Assembly: GCA_036172245.1 (NCBI GenBank)
Contig: JAYWIR010000018.1
Coordinates: 2,232,001-2,296,000 of the forward strand
Source: Raillietiella orientalis
Taxonomy: Eukaryota
DNA: 64,000 nt
Direction: 5' to 3'
In this document: positions 63,602 to 64,000 of the stretch, piece by piece
How positions within the stretch are numbered: the first letter of the stretch is position 1
Layout: each line of letters begins with the position of its first letter
Notes under the pieces: model-generated
What the model was told of the DNA's origin: nothing
The model's input: the letters and a program-made list of their open reading frames with translations, nothing else
Database searches by the model: none
Translations under genes and position numbers: made by a program

Positions 63602-64000
63602 TTAAGATCTCTCAGCTTTCGTACTTCCGAGCCGTCCTGTGCTATCCTGTGAGAATCCTCTGAGAAGACCGTCGAGAGACAAGGTCTTGAGCTGGCGTGG
63701 GACTCCCATGCAGTCGTCGGGAGAATGACATGCGACCACGGTCCGGCATGTTTCCAGCTTTCTTTCTCGAGGGAGCACGTTCACTGGACCACTGAGGTGA
63801 AGGCGAGCAGACGACCATGCAGCTACCTCCTCAGGGAAGAAGGCGGCATACAAATAGGATCACGAATGAAGTAAAAGCTTCGCTCTTGGTCTCTTTAGCC
63901 TCCGCGTCAAGCAGTTTCCAAGTGCTGCATCCAAAACCTGGTCACAGCATCCCGAGTCGGCGAAGATCGAGCTGACCAGAAGCTCCGGAAACTTTGGGAA

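Overview
Eukaryotic (most likely arthropod) genomic DNA. The window lies inside one large + strand gene for metabotropic GABA-B receptor subunit 2 (class C GPCR). Eight coding exons (10874-63483) join in frame at canonical GT-AG junctions to give 1584 nt / 528 aa, covering most of the Venus-flytrap domain, the stalk and TM1-TM4. The N-terminal exon(s) and TM5-7/C-tail lie outside the window. The introns contain heavily decayed non-LTR retroelement relics (APE/RT motifs, one Penelope-like) and at least two dispersed repeat families. The most notable family is a ~0.8 kb tRNA-headed SINE-like element with an internal ~39-bp degenerate tandem array; all five copies I found are antisense to the gene. 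Other signals are copy-specific micro-inversions and hairpins suggesting template-switch mutagenesis, a LINE relic with an apparent internal inversion, a stop-free 93-nt intron, and strong GC3 differences between exons. Almost all ORFs in the supplied track look spurious. I found no clearly novel multi-gene system. Family assignments come from recalled consensus motifs, not database searches.
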